NCBI GenBank assembly: GCA_021741245.1
Contig: JAIOYF010000004.1
Coordinates: 350,990 to 414,989 of the forward strand
DNA: 64,000 nt
Direction of reading: 5' to 3'
Origin: Paracoccaceae bacterium
Lineage (GTDB): Bacteria; Pseudomonadota; Alphaproteobacteria; Rhodobacterales; Rhodobacteraceae
This document shows, one piece after another, positions 1-9,800 of the stretch. The translations under genes and the position numbers were made by a program. Below the pieces are notes generated by a model. The model made no database searches, was not told the DNA's origin, and was given only the letters and a program-made list of their open reading frames with translations. The first letter of the stretch is position 1. Every line of letters begins with the position of its first letter.

Positions 1-80
1 TCTCCTCCAAAACCCAAGGCCGACGGGCAGTTAAAAGGTATCACCCTGCACTCTTGCACTGGATCGCATAAGGGACGCGC

Positions 81-440
81 TTACATGAACCCGAGTTCGA
101 GCCGGGCCTCATCGCTCATCATTTCCATGCCCCATGGCGGGTCAAAAGTCATGGCGACATCAACGTGTTTCACACCCGCCAAAGGTTCCACGGCATCTGC
201 AACCCAACCCGGCATCTCGCCCGCAACGGGGCAGCCCGGCGCGGTGAGGGTCATGGTGATCTGCACCGCATTCTCGGCATCGATCTCGATGGTATAGACA
301 AGGCCCAAGTCAAAGATATTCACCGGAATTTCCGGATCAAACACAGTGCGGCAGGCATCGACGATCTGCTCGTACATCGGATGATCGGTGGTCGAAGGCT
401 TGATCAAGGGGGCGCCTTCAATTTTCGCTTCGGTGTTCAT
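81..440 (-). CDS. SUF-type Fe-S cluster assembly protein (DUF59/MIP18, SufT-like)
   Basis: ORF 81..560. Motifs DPEIPVNIFDLGLVY and LTAPGCP are typical of DUF59. The ATG at 440 (MNTEAK) is preceded by GAGG and gives the usual ~120 aa size. Confidence 0.75.
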   Translation of the reverse strand: MNTEAKIEGAPLIKPSTTDHPMYEQIVDACRTVFDPEIPVNIFDLGLVYTIEIDAENAVQITMTLTAPGCPVAGEMPGWVADAVEPLAGVKHVDVAMTFDPPWGMEMMSDEARLELGFM

Positions 441-602
441 CTGTGCCTCGCGCTGTATCTGACCAAATATATAGGGAATTTGTTGCCCTGCGTCCAGTGT
501 CACCGGGCCGGGCGACCAAATTCCTTGATATGGCAGGCAGGTCAAGTATTTACGCGCCAAAGTTGAGACGAACCCTTGGGCATGAAGCAGCGCCGATCCG
601 GC

Positions 603-1010
603 TTATGGCGTGGGAGTTGGGCCAATAAGATCCCAGCGATTGCCGAACGGATCGCGCCATACTGCCACGCGGCCATAGGGTTCGTCGCGCGGAGTTTCCT
701 CAAAAATCACGGCAGCGGCCTGCATGCGGCGATAGTCGCGATTGAAATCATCGGTTTGCAAGAACAGCCAGACGCGCCCGCCACCCTGCTGACCAATGGC
801 CGCCTTTTGCGCATCGGTCGAGGCTTGCGCCAGCACGATACGGGCCCCGCCACCCGTGGGGGCAACGGTGACCCAGCGCTTGTCGCCCTGATCAATGTCT
901 TCGGTCAGATCGAACCCCAAGGACCCGCAATAAAAGCGGATCGCACTGTCATAATCGGGGACAAGGATGGAAACGGCCGCAAGCCTTGGGCCAGAAGGCG
1001 CCTGCGTCAT
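603..1010 (-). CDS. VOC (glyoxalase/bleomycin resistance/dioxygenase) family protein
   Basis: 135-aa ORF with a VOC-like pattern ([13 protein letters not shown]...[13 protein letters not shown]). Its start overlaps the bpt stop by 4 nt. Confidence 0.7.
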   Translation of the reverse strand: MTQAPSGPRLAAVSILVPDYDSAIRFYCGSLGFDLTEDIDQGDKRWVTVAPTGGGARIVLAQASTDAQKAAIGQQGGGRVWLFLQTDDFNRDYRRMQAAAVIFEETPRDEPYGRVAVWRDPFGNRWDLIGPTPTP

Positions 1011-1849
1011 TCGCGGCCAGACCTCGCCTCGGGCAGATTGATCCGTGCCACCTGTTCGGCGATCGGGTCCATCGACAGTGGGTGTAGTTCCGCGCCATGC
1101 CCGCGTGGATCGCCCAACTCTTGCCAGCGCCCGCCCTTGTAGATTTCAAGCGCTGAAAAGCTGGATTTGTAGCCCATCTTGCGGCTGCCCGGCACCCAAT
1201 AGCCAAGGTATACATAGGGAAGACCCGCCTCTCGCGCGATGGCGATATGGTCAAGAATGACATAGGTCCCAAGGCTAAGGTCGGTCAGGTCCGGGTCATA
1301 AAAGCTATAGACCATCGACAGCCCGTCATCGAACACATCCGTCAGGCATACGGCAGAAAGCGCCCGGTTGCGGCCCTTGTCCCCGGCTTGGGTGCTGTAT
1401 TCGATCACCCGCGACTTTATCGGCGTCTCTTCGATCATGGCGGCGAATTCAAAGATATCCATATCCGCCATGCCACCATCAGCGTGCCGCGCATCAAGAT
1501 AGCGACGGAACAAGGCAAACTGGTCTTCGGTCGCCCAAGGGCTGGTGGCGTTGCGCCGCAGGTCGCCGGCTTTCTTCAAGACCTTACGCTGGGTTCGGTT
1601 CGGCTCAAAATCCGCAACACGGATCCGGGCGGAAAGACAGGCCGAACATTCGGCACAAGAGGGGCGGTAAAGCACATTCTGACTGCGACGAAACCCTTGC
1701 TTGGACAACGTGTCATTCAATCGTTGGGCGTGCTCTCCTTGCAGCGCGGTGAATAGCTTTCGTTCCATCCGGCCCTCAAGATAGGGGCAAGGTTGCGGAG
1801 CCGTCACGTAGAACTGGGGCGCAATGGGAAGCGTGTGTCGCATAGGCAC
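1007..1849 (-). CDS. bpt: Aminoacyl-tRNA--protein transferase of the Bpt/Ate1 family (aspartate/glutamate leucyltransferase)
   Basis: 280-aa ORF. N-terminal CPYL...E and CxxC-containing ATE_N-like region ([10 protein letters not shown]) followed by an ATE_C-like region (YVYLGYW). Confidence 0.8.
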   Translation of the reverse strand: MPMRHTLPIAPQFYVTAPQPCPYLEGRMERKLFTALQGEHAQRLNDTLSKQGFRRSQNVLYRPSCAECSACLSARIRVADFEPNRTQRKVLKKAGDLRRNATSPWATEDQFALFRRYLDARHADGGMADMDIFEFAAMIEETPIKSRVIEYSTQAGDKGRNRALSAVCLTDVFDDGLSMVYSFYDPDLTDLSLGTYVILDHIAIAREAGLPYVYLGYWVPGSRKMGYKSSFSALEIYKGGRWQELGDPRGHGAELHPLSMDPIAEQVARINLPEARSGRE

Positions 1850-1948
1850 CGTTAAATGGCAGATTGGGCAAGGTTAGCAAGGCCCGTGCCGTCCGCCAAG
1901 AACGGAAATTGGCATGCTCCACATCTTTTGATTGCACTGGCAGATAAT

Positions 1949-2395
1949 TTACCGCTGCGGACTGTTGATGGCGACCGTTCCAAGGACATGATCACTCAGA
2001 CCCTGACCTCGGGCCGAGATCAGCATAAGGGTGACCGACAAGAGTTGCGGCATAACAAAGGCCATTGAGAGCGAATAGCCCAAGGTATGCAAAAAGGCAG
2101 TCGCTGCGTCAAAACGCTGGCCATTGCGATCCAGAAACTCGATATTCATCAGCCGCATGCCCCATGTGGCCGAGCGCCCGGTCAGCGTGATCCAGCGGTA
2201 AAGAAAGCCCACTACCAAAAACAGTCCCGGCAAAAAGAACAGAGCCGTAAAGGCGGTGAAGGGCACGATCAGAGCGGTGACGATCAAGATCAACACCATA
2301 TCCATCGCCCAAGCGAGAAAACGTTTTGACACGACGCCATCATAAAAAATGGCGTGGCGTTCAGGGTCTGGTTGCATCATGGCTGGGGAATACAT
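1949..2395 (-). CDS. RDD family membrane protein
   Basis: 148-aa ORF with hydrophobic segments and the RDD-family layout (FLAWAMDMVLI..., final LSDHVLGT). Confidence 0.65.
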   Translation of the reverse strand: MYSPAMMQPDPERHAIFYDGVVSKRFLAWAMDMVLILIVTALIVPFTAFTALFFLPGLFLVVGFLYRWITLTGRSATWGMRLMNIEFLDRNGQRFDAATAFLHTLGYSLSMAFVMPQLLSVTLMLISARGQGLSDHVLGTVAINSPQR

Positions 2396-2462
2396 CTTTG
2401 CGACGGCCTTTCAAAGGGTCAGAGCGAAACAAACATAGGCCGCTCCGGATTTTTGGGAGGAA

Positions 2463-2489
2463 AGGGCGGCCCCAGCATGGGGCCGCCTT
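2463..2489 (-). terminator. GC-rich hairpin downstream of the DUF2852-like gene
   Basis: 9-bp perfect stem GGCGGCCCC / GGGGCCGCC (2465-2473 / 2479-2487) with a 5-nt loop, extendable by A-T and G-U pairs. It lies 12 nt past the stop. The U-tract on the minus strand is weak (CUUUCC). Confidence 0.45.
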
Positions 2490-2500
2490 GGTCGCTTGCC

Positions 2501-2962
2501 TCAATATTCGCCACGCGGGCCGTCTTCGTTGGCAGCACGGTTGCCCTTTGCGCGGTCATCCATAAAGCTGTCGAACTCCGACTTGTCCTTGGCTTCGCGC
2601 AGACGCTGCAAAAAGGCCTCGAACGCTTCTTGCTCTTCTTCAAGGCGGCGCAGCGTATCGGCCTTGTAGGAATCGAACGCGGTGTTGCCCGAGGGGCGGC
2701 TTGCCGCGTGCATCGCCCAATGGCGTGACTTTCGGGCGGCACAGGATGATCTGAACATGTCTTTGCTCCAGCGGTTTGTGATGGTCATATAGGCGACAAG
2801 GGCAAGGCCCACGGGCCAGAAGAAGATAAAGCCAAGCACCATGGCAGCGATCCAGGCCTTGCGGCCCTTGGCGTCCATCCAAGCTTCGGCAGCACGCAGC
2901 CGCGCGGTGAAGCCGCCCGAGTCACGGGCCGTGGATGTGGCAGTGGCAGGATAGGTGTTCAT
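2501..2962 (-). CDS. DUF2852-like membrane protein
   Basis: ORF 2501..2986. C-terminal FDSYKADTLRRLEEEQEAFEAFLQRLREAKDKSEFDSFM resembles DUF2852. The ATG at 2962 has a GGAGA Shine-Dalgarno 7 nt upstream, whereas the ATG at 2986 has none. Confidence 0.65.
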   Translation of the reverse strand: MNTYPATATSTARDSGGFTARLRAAEAWMDAKGRKAWIAAMVLGFIFFWPVGLALVAYMTITNRWSKDMFRSSCAARKSRHWAMHAASRPSGNTAFDSYKADTLRRLEEEQEAFEAFLQRLREAKDKSEFDSFMDDRAKGNRAANEDGPRGEY

Positions 2963-2986
2963 CGGGGTTTCTCCGTTCGGTTGCAT

Positions 2987-3005
2987 ATGTGAATGTCTTT
3001 CACAT
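2987..3005. promoter_or_regulatory. Palindrome ATGTGAA-N5-TTCACAT upstream of the DUF2852-like gene
   Basis: Perfect 7-bp inverted repeat read directly from the sequence. It contains TGTGA-N7-TCACA, a CRP/FNR-like half-site pattern with a non-canonical spacer. Confidence 0.3.
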
Positions 3006-3081
3006 GAACGAAGATGCGTATGCCCCTCTGGCAGTTCAAGAGGTGATGTAAAACAATTTTACATTTTTTCGCTGGTCGCCT

Positions 3082-3549
3082 TCAGGCGGTGAACTGCCCG
3101 ATCGCTGCTCCAGAGGCCGTCAACAGCTCTGCCGGGGCACAGGCAAAGATATGGCGCGGCGTGCCTGCGGCGGCCCAAATCGTTTCAAACGCCATCAGAC
3201 GCGGGTCCATCCACGTGGGGCAGGGCGTCAGGTGGCCGATGGGGGCAACGCCGCCGATGGCAAATCCCGTCACGGCGCGGACGGTGGCAATCTCGGCCCG
3301 GCCGAGGGCTTCGCCTGCCAAGGCACTGGCGCGTGCCACGTCCACCTGATTGCCGCCCGCAGTCAGAAACAGGAAAAGCTGACCGCTTTCCCCCTGAAAC
3401 AGGATGGATTTCACGATCTGATCAAGGGCACAGCCCGCGGCCTCTGCGGCTTGTTGGGCCGTGCGGGTTTCGGCCGGCATTTCCACAGGCGATGCAGCCA
3501 GTCCGGCCGCGTTCAGGGCCGCGATGACGCGGGCAAGGCTTTTTGACAT
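3082..3549 (-). CDS. YbaK/EbsC-type aminoacyl-tRNA editing deacylase domain protein
   Basis: ORF 3082..3612. Has the YbaK-like core (KSILF...LFLFLTAGGNQVD...TGFAIGGVAPIGH). The ATG at 3549 (MSKSLAR) gives ~155 aa. Confidence 0.75.
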   Translation of the reverse strand: MSKSLARVIAALNAAGLAASPVEMPAETRTAQQAAEAAGCALDQIVKSILFQGESGQLFLFLTAGGNQVDVARASALAGEALGRAEIATVRAVTGFAIGGVAPIGHLTPCPTWMDPRLMAFETIWAAAGTPRHIFACAPAELLTASGAAIGQFTA

Positions 3550-3679
3550 ATCGCGTCCTTGTAAGGGTCGGGGCTTTTGATCCAACAAACGCGATTGCCC
3601 CGCCAAGAGCAAGGGGCACAGCTGGGGTCCTTTGGGGCCAATTGACCTCCCGCTCAGGCCACGTCACAGTGGCCGTATC

Positions 3680-6478
3680 ATGACCATATTTGCCAATCGC
3701 CTGACCCGCCAGCCCCGCGCCTTTGACCCTGCCGCCGGGGAAGAGATTTCCGCTGAATTCGCCGATCTGGGGCCAGAATTGGCGGCTCTGCTTGGGTCAA
3801 CCGCAGGGTGCAGCCCCTATTTGCGCGGGCTGATGCGCAAAGAGGCGGTGTGGCTGCGTGCGGCCCTGAGCGATCCACCCGAAACGGCGGTGGCAGCGCA
3901 ATTGGCACAGCTAACGGAGGTTGCGCTTGATGGCCTGCCCGATGCCCTGCGGGTGGCCAAAAGGCGGGTTGCGCTGCTTGCGGGGTTGGCCGATTTGGGG
4001 GGCGTCTGGCCGTTGATGACGGTCACGCAAACGCTGACCGATCTGGCAGATGGTGCCGTCAATCTGGCCATGCGCGCCCTTGTGGCCGAAGAGGTCCGCC
4101 GGGGCAAACTGCCGGGGGCAGGGCCCGATGATGTGGCCACGGCAGGTGGGATGGTCACCCTTGCCATGGGCAAGATGGGCGCGGGGGAATTGAACTATTC
4201 CTCGGACATCGACCTGATTTGCCTCTTTGACGAAACCCGCTATCCGGGGGCCGAGCAAGAGGCCCGCGCCGCCTTTATTCGTGTCACCCGCAAGATGGCT
4301 GCGATGCTGTCGGATCTGACCGCCGAGGGTTATGTGTTTCGCACCGATCTGCGCCTGCGCCCTGATGCCAGTGTGACGCCCGTTTGCCTGTCGATGGCCG
4401 CCGCCGAGGCCTATTATGAAAGCGTGGGCCGCACGTGGGAGCGCGCCGCCTATATCAAGGCGCGGCCTTGTGGCGGTGATCTTGCGGCGGGGCAGCGGTT
4501 CTTGCGCATGTTGACCCCGTTTATCTGGCGCAAACATCTGGATTTCGCCGCCATTCAAGATGCCCATGACATGCGTCTGCGGATCCGTGATCACCGGGGG
4601 TTGCACGGCCCCCTTGCGGTCGAGGGGCATAACATGAAGCTGGGGATGGGGGGGATTCGGGAGATTGAGTTCTTTACCCAGACCCGGCAGCTGATTGCCG
4701 GGGGGCGCGATCCCGACCTGCGGGGCAGAACCACCATAGGGGGGCTGTCTGCCCTTGCGCAAAAGGGTTGGGTGCCGCCTGATGTGGCGCAAGAGTTGAC
4801 GACCCTTTACACCGCACACCGCGAGGTCGAGCATCGTCTGCAAATGGTGGGCGATGCGCAAACCCACGATATTCCAAGCACGCCCGAAGGTGTGGCGCGG
4901 ATCGCGGCCTTTTGCGGACAAGATGACGCGGCGTTTCGCAAGGATTTGCTGGACCGACTTGCGCGGGTGGATGTGCTGACTGACGGCTTCTTTGCGCCGG
5001 GGCAGGTGGAAGCCGCGCCCGAGATGGACCCCGCCACACGCCAGATCGTCGAGGGCTGGCAGCATTATCCCGCCCTGCGCTCAGACCGCGCCCAAACGAT
5101 CTTTCGGCGCCTTCGGCCACAGCTATTGAAACAACTTGCCCGCGCCGCCCATCCGGATGAGGCACTGCGCGCCTTTGACGGATTTTTGGCGGGGCTGCCC
5201 ACGGGTGTGCAAATCTTTTCGCTGTTTGAGGCGAACCCGACCCTTGTCGAACTGATCATCGATATCGCGGGCACCTCGCCGCAACTGGCCTTGTATCTGT
5301 CGCGCCATGCGGGTGTTCTGGATGCCGTGATCGGGGGCAGTTTCTGGGCTCCTTGGCCGGGGCTGGGCGCATTGGTGGCAGAGCTTTCGGCGCAACTGGA
5401 GGCTGTGGGCGACTATGAGAAAAAGCTCGACACGGCCCGCCGCTGGAAGAAGGAATGGCACTTCCGCATCGGGGTGCATCATCTGCGCGGCCTGATTGAC
5501 GCGTTCGAGGCGGGCAAATCCTATGCGGATCTGGCCGAGGCGATCATCAAGGCCCTCTGGCCCGTGGTCTGCGATGAGTTTTCCCGCCGTCATGGCCCGC
5601 CACCGGGTCGAGGGGCAGTTTTGATGGGTATGGGGTCACTGGGGGCGTCGCGGTTGAACGCGGCCTCGGATCTGGATCTGATCGTGATCTATGACCCGAT
5701 GGGCGTGGAGCAGTCTGATGGGCCCAAGCCCTTGGCCACGCGCCCTTATTTTGCGAGGCTCACGCAAACAATGGTCACGGCGCTGACCGCCCAGATGCCC
5801 GAAGGACGGCTTTATGAGGTGGACATGCGCCTGCGCCCCTCTGGTCGGCAAGGGCCGGTAGCCACCAGTTTGCAGAGTTTTTGCAGCTATCAAGAAACCG
5901 AAGCCTGGACATGGGAGCATCTGGCCCTGACCCGTGCGCGGGTCTTGGTCGGGGACGCGTCCCTTGGCGCGGATGTCGAGGCGTTTCGCCGAACCTTGTT
6001 GCGGGCAAAGGGGCAGGGGGCCACGGTCCGTGCCGATGTTGCCGCGATGCGAGAGCGGTTGCAGGCCGCCAAACCCGCCAAAGGCAGTTGGGAGGCAAAG
6101 AACGGCCCCGGTCGTTTGATGGACATCGAACTTTGCGCCCAGATGGCCTGCCTGATCGCAGGCAGCCCCGCCCGCGGGGTTGAGCGGCAAATTGCGGCGG
6201 GGGCGGCGGCTGGGGTGTCGCAATCGGATCAGTCTGCGCTCTCGTCGGCCTATAGGGTGCTTTGGCAGTTGCAATGCGGTGCACGGCTGCTATCCGAAGG
6301 CACGATTGACTTGGATGCCATCGGAGAGGGCGGTCGCGCCTTTTTGCTGCGCGAGACGGGGCAGGCCAATGCGCAAGACCTTTCAGCGCATCTGGATGAG
6401 GTGACAGCCCTTGCCGAGGCTGTGATCGCAGCACAGGTTAAGGGGGCAGAGGAATGGGGAGACGGGCCGTGCGTGTAG
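3680..6478 (+). CDS. glnE: Bifunctional glutamine synthetase adenylyltransferase/adenylyl-removing enzyme
   Basis: ~930-aa ORF with two nucleotidyltransferase modules (GKMGAGELNYSSDIDLI and MGSLGASRLNAASDLDLIVIY), each followed by a GlnE-type helical domain. Confidence 0.9.
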   Translation: MTIFANRLTRQPRAFDPAAGEEISAEFADLGPELAALLGSTAGCSPYLRGLMRKEAVWLRAALSDPPETAVAAQLAQLTEVALDGLPDALRVAKRRVALLAGLADLGGVWPLMTVTQTLTDLADGAVNLAMRALVAEEVRRGKLPGAGPDDVATAGGMVTLAMGKMGAGELNYSSDIDLICLFDETRYPGAEQEARAAFIRVTRKMAAMLSDLTAEGYVFRTDLRLRPDASVTPVCLSMAAAEAYYESVGRTWERAAYIKARPCGGDLAAGQRFLRMLTPFIWRKHLDFAAIQDAHDMRLRIRDHRGLHGPLAVEGHNMKLGMGGIREIEFFTQTRQLIAGGRDPDLRGRTTIGGLSALAQKGWVPPDVAQELTTLYTAHREVEHRLQMVGDAQTHDIPSTPEGVARIAAFCGQDDAAFRKDLLDRLARVDVLTDGFFAPGQVEAAPEMDPATRQIVEGWQHYPALRSDRAQTIFRRLRPQLLKQLARAAHPDEALRAFDGFLAGLPTGVQIFSLFEANPTLVELIIDIAGTSPQLALYLSRHAGVLDAVIGGSFWAPWPGLGALVAELSAQLEAVGDYEKKLDTARRWKKEWHFRIGVHHLRGLIDAFEAGKSYADLAEAIIKALWPVVCDEFSRRHGPPPGRGAVLMGMGSLGASRLNAASDLDLIVIYDPMGVEQSDGPKPLATRPYFARLTQTMVTALTAQMPEGRLYEVDMRLRPSGRQGPVATSLQSFCSYQETEAWTWEHLALTRARVLVGDASLGADVEAFRRTLLRAKGQGATVRADVAAMRERLQAAKPAKGSWEAKNGPGRLMDIELCAQMACLIAGSPARGVERQIAAGAAAGVSQSDQSALSSAYRVLWQLQCGARLLSEGTIDLDAIGEGGRAFLLRETGQANAQDLSAHLDEVTALAEAVIAAQVKGAEEWGDGPCV

Positions 6479-6738
6479 AAGAAGCTGACCGCAAGGGACT
6501 TGTTCGCGAAAGCTATGCCATCGAAGGCATCTCTTATGCCGAATGCCGGTCCATCTTTGTTGATTGGGCGCTCAGCGTACCAGTCGGCGTGGATACCAGT
6601 GATGCGCTGCGATCCGTGATCGCGCATTACGCCTTGGATCGGCCTGACCACCCGATGAGCCGCGTTCTGACCGAGGCACTGGTCCCCGCAGAGGCCCCTC
6701 GCCGCAAAGGCGGACGCGCCGCGCGCGTCGGGCTTTAG
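6454..6738 (+). CDS. Hypothetical small protein (94 aa) overlapping the glnE 3' end
   Basis: Open frame with GC-rich third positions and no recognisable motif. It overlaps the glnE stop by 25 nt. Confidence 0.35.
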   Translation: MGRRAVRVEEADRKGLVRESYAIEGISYAECRSIFVDWALSVPVGVDTSDALRSVIAHYALDRPDHPMSRVLTEALVPAEAPRRKGGRAARVGL

Positions 6739-6809
6739 CCCCGCACGGCACGTATTGCCGCGACGTATCCTGCGGTCATTTGACAAGATAAACTACTGAT
6801 TTAACGCCC

Positions 6810-9800
6810 TTAGCGGCGGCGCGCAGCAAAGGGTCTTGCCGCGTTGGTCTGGCAAGCCAGCCTGTCGTTGACGGGATTGAGGTGCAGGGGAAGACTGCGG
6901 TTCAGCCCCGTATCCCGGTCCTTTTGGATGCCCGGCTTTTCATAGCGTCGTGCAGGCCTGCCATAAATGGCTGCCGTGTTTTCCTTGTGGCCCAGGCCAC
7001 CGGCCAATTGGGGGAACAGCGTCAGCAATTCGGCCAAGGCAGCAAGGTCGAGGCCGCGCAGCGCCATTGGACCGGGATAGAGGCTTTCGGTTGCGGCGCC
7101 TTCGGCAAAGACAACTTCGTGCCGGTCGAACAAGATATGCACATAAGTAACCGCCTGCGCCTTGTGGTCGATCCGCGCAACCTTGCCGCCAAGACCCGAA
7201 GCAAGGTGTTTTGCGCGGATCAACCTCCCGTTCAGCAAAAATGCATGCTGGGGCGATACGCAGATCCGACGCCTGTTGCCCAAAGCCCCCTTGCGAATGA
7301 TCACAGGCCGCAAGTTGGGATGAGCCATCAGATCGTCGGCATCAAGCTGGCGGCACCCAACCCATCGGATTGGCCGATACCCATGATCCAAGGTGCGCAC
7401 CAGATCACCGGGGCGCAGAGCGTCAACGGGAACCGGGCCGCTCACCGTCTCGATCAAAGTGCCGGGTGTAAAGCAAGGAATGCCGACCGCAGCCATCTCT
7501 TGCTTGCTGTCGATGGCTGCGGGGGAGACACCTTGCAAGACCACGCTTTCGCCGCTGGGAAAGATCAGGACCGCATCACCCGAGCCGTCGCCGACGGTGT
7601 CGCTGACCACCACATCGCGCCATGCAATAGGGTCACCGCTGGGGGTGCGCAGGTCCGAGACATCCAACTGATCAGCCGTGCGTCCTGCGCTCAACGTCAT
7701 GTCAAAGTCGGTGACCGTGTCAGCGTCGCCGCCCTGCGCCAGCACAAAGGTATCTTCGCCTGCGCCACCCGTCAGGCTGTCATTGCCATCGCCGCCCGTC
7801 AGCGTATCGCTGTCCGCGCCCCCCGACAGCACGTCGTCGCCAAGACCGCCCTCCAGCGTATCCGCGCCCGCGCCGCCAAAGGCCTGATCGTTGCCGCCGT
7901 CGCCGCGCAGCAGGTCATTGCCATCCTCACCCAGCAGGGTGTCATTGCCGTCGCCGCCATCGAGCGTGTCATCGCCCGCACCGCCAAAGATCACGTCCGA
8001 TGTGGGATGCCCGCCGCCCCAGTCGTTGCCATCATGCGCGATGATCAGGCTGGGGGTGCCGTCATCGGGGCCTTGCAGGGTGGTGTTCGACCCATCGTCG
8101 CCTGTCACCAGATGATAGGTGGTGCCGTTGAATTCGACATATTCAAAGCCGCTGATGGTATCGGTGCCATCGCGCCCGCCGACTGAGTCGGTGACGATCA
8201 GCGCGCCGCTTGGATCGTAGTCAAAGCTGTAATCGGTGACATCGCCTGAAAACACCGCCGTGTCAGAACCTGCGCCACCATCGAGACTGTCGTCGCCGAA
8301 CAGCCCCTTGACCTCGTCGTCGCCATCGCCTGCCAGAACGGTGTCATTGTTGCCGTCCGACCCGTCAAGCTGATCCCCCTGCGCGTCGATGTAGCCCGAG
8401 CCGATGCTGTCATTGCCCGAGGTGCCATCGACCACGCCGGTATACTGGATGCTCTCAATCTCGGAGAACGTCAGCGTGCCGCCGCCGCTTGCCGCGGTAA
8501 AGGTCACCACCCCTGCCTCGTTGGTGCCGCCGCCATAGGCGATGCTTTCGACATCCGCATAGTTCAGGATCAGCGTGTCGTTGTCGGTGCCTCCCTCGCC
8601 GCCCAGAACAGTATCGCCCGAAGCGCCGTAAATGACATCGGCGCCATCACCGCCCATCAGGCTGTCGCCACCCGCGCCACCCGTGAGCGTGTCGTTCCCG
8701 GCCCCGCCAAGCAGCGTATCGCTGCCATCGCCCCCAAAGAGGCTGTCGTTGCCATCGCCGCCCGTCAGGCTGTCGTCACCCGTGCCGCCATAGATCTGGT
8801 CCGCACCGGCATAGCCTGTGATCGTGTCATTGCCGTCGCCGCCATCCAGCGTGCTGGCCGCATAGCCGCCAAAAAGGGTGTCATTCCCTGCGCCGCCGTA
8901 GAAGGCCACAGCTTCCGATCCCGCGGCCATATAATCATCGCCGTCGCCGCCATAGCCCGTGTCATTGCCCGATACTGCCGAGATCGTGTCATTGCCCAAC
9001 CCGCCATACATCAGGTCGTTGCCGGCATCGCCTTGCACGATGTCATTGCCGTCGCCGCCGAAGAGCACGTCATCATTGGCGCCGCCATAGATCATATCGG
9101 CGCCACTACCGCCCGTCAGTGTGTCATTGCCTGCGTTGCCCTGCAGATTGACGGTGCTGGTGGCGATGCTGCCATCCATGCTGTCGGCCTGCGCCGTGCC
9201 GGTGATGATCTCGATCTCGCTGAACGTGCCGGACCCGCCGCCGCCGAAGGCATAGGTGCCCGCCTCAGTCCCCGTCAGGGTGACGGTGACCCCCGCGACA
9301 GTGCCGCTGAACTGCAAGAAGTCGACGTCATAGCCGGTCTCGCCGCCGACAATGCTGTCAACGCCTTCGCCGCTACCCACATCAAACACATCGGTGGCGG
9401 CACCACCGAACATGCTGTCATGGCCGCCGCCACCGTAGAAATAGTCGGTGCCCGCCCCGCCATAGAGCGCGTCTGCACCAGTGGACCCGATCAGCGTGTC
9501 GTTATAGGCCGAGCCTTGAACAGCCTCGATCCCCGAAAGTGCATCACCCGCAGCATCACCGCCCGTGCCCGTGCCCGTTGCCAGATTGACCGATACCGCC
9601 GCGCCGGACGCCGAATAATCGGCTGTGTCGAACCCCAGACCACCATCCAGAGTGTCGGCTCCGGCCCCACCAACCAGCGTATCGTCATTGTCGCCCCCGA
9701 AAAGGCTATCGGTGCCCGCACCGCCCAAAAGGCTGTCGTTGCCCGCGCCCCCATAGAGGGTGTCATTACCAAGACCGCCGTCGAGGGAATCGTTCCCGGC

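Noticed and set aside
3046-3069. Hairpin ATGTAAAA-CAA-TTTTACAT followed by TTTTTT, as a rho-independent terminator.
   Set aside because: The T-tract follows the hairpin only on the plus strand, where no gene ends. On the minus strand, where the YbaK-like gene ends, the hairpin is preceded by an A-run and not followed by a U-run. The stem is also all A/T.
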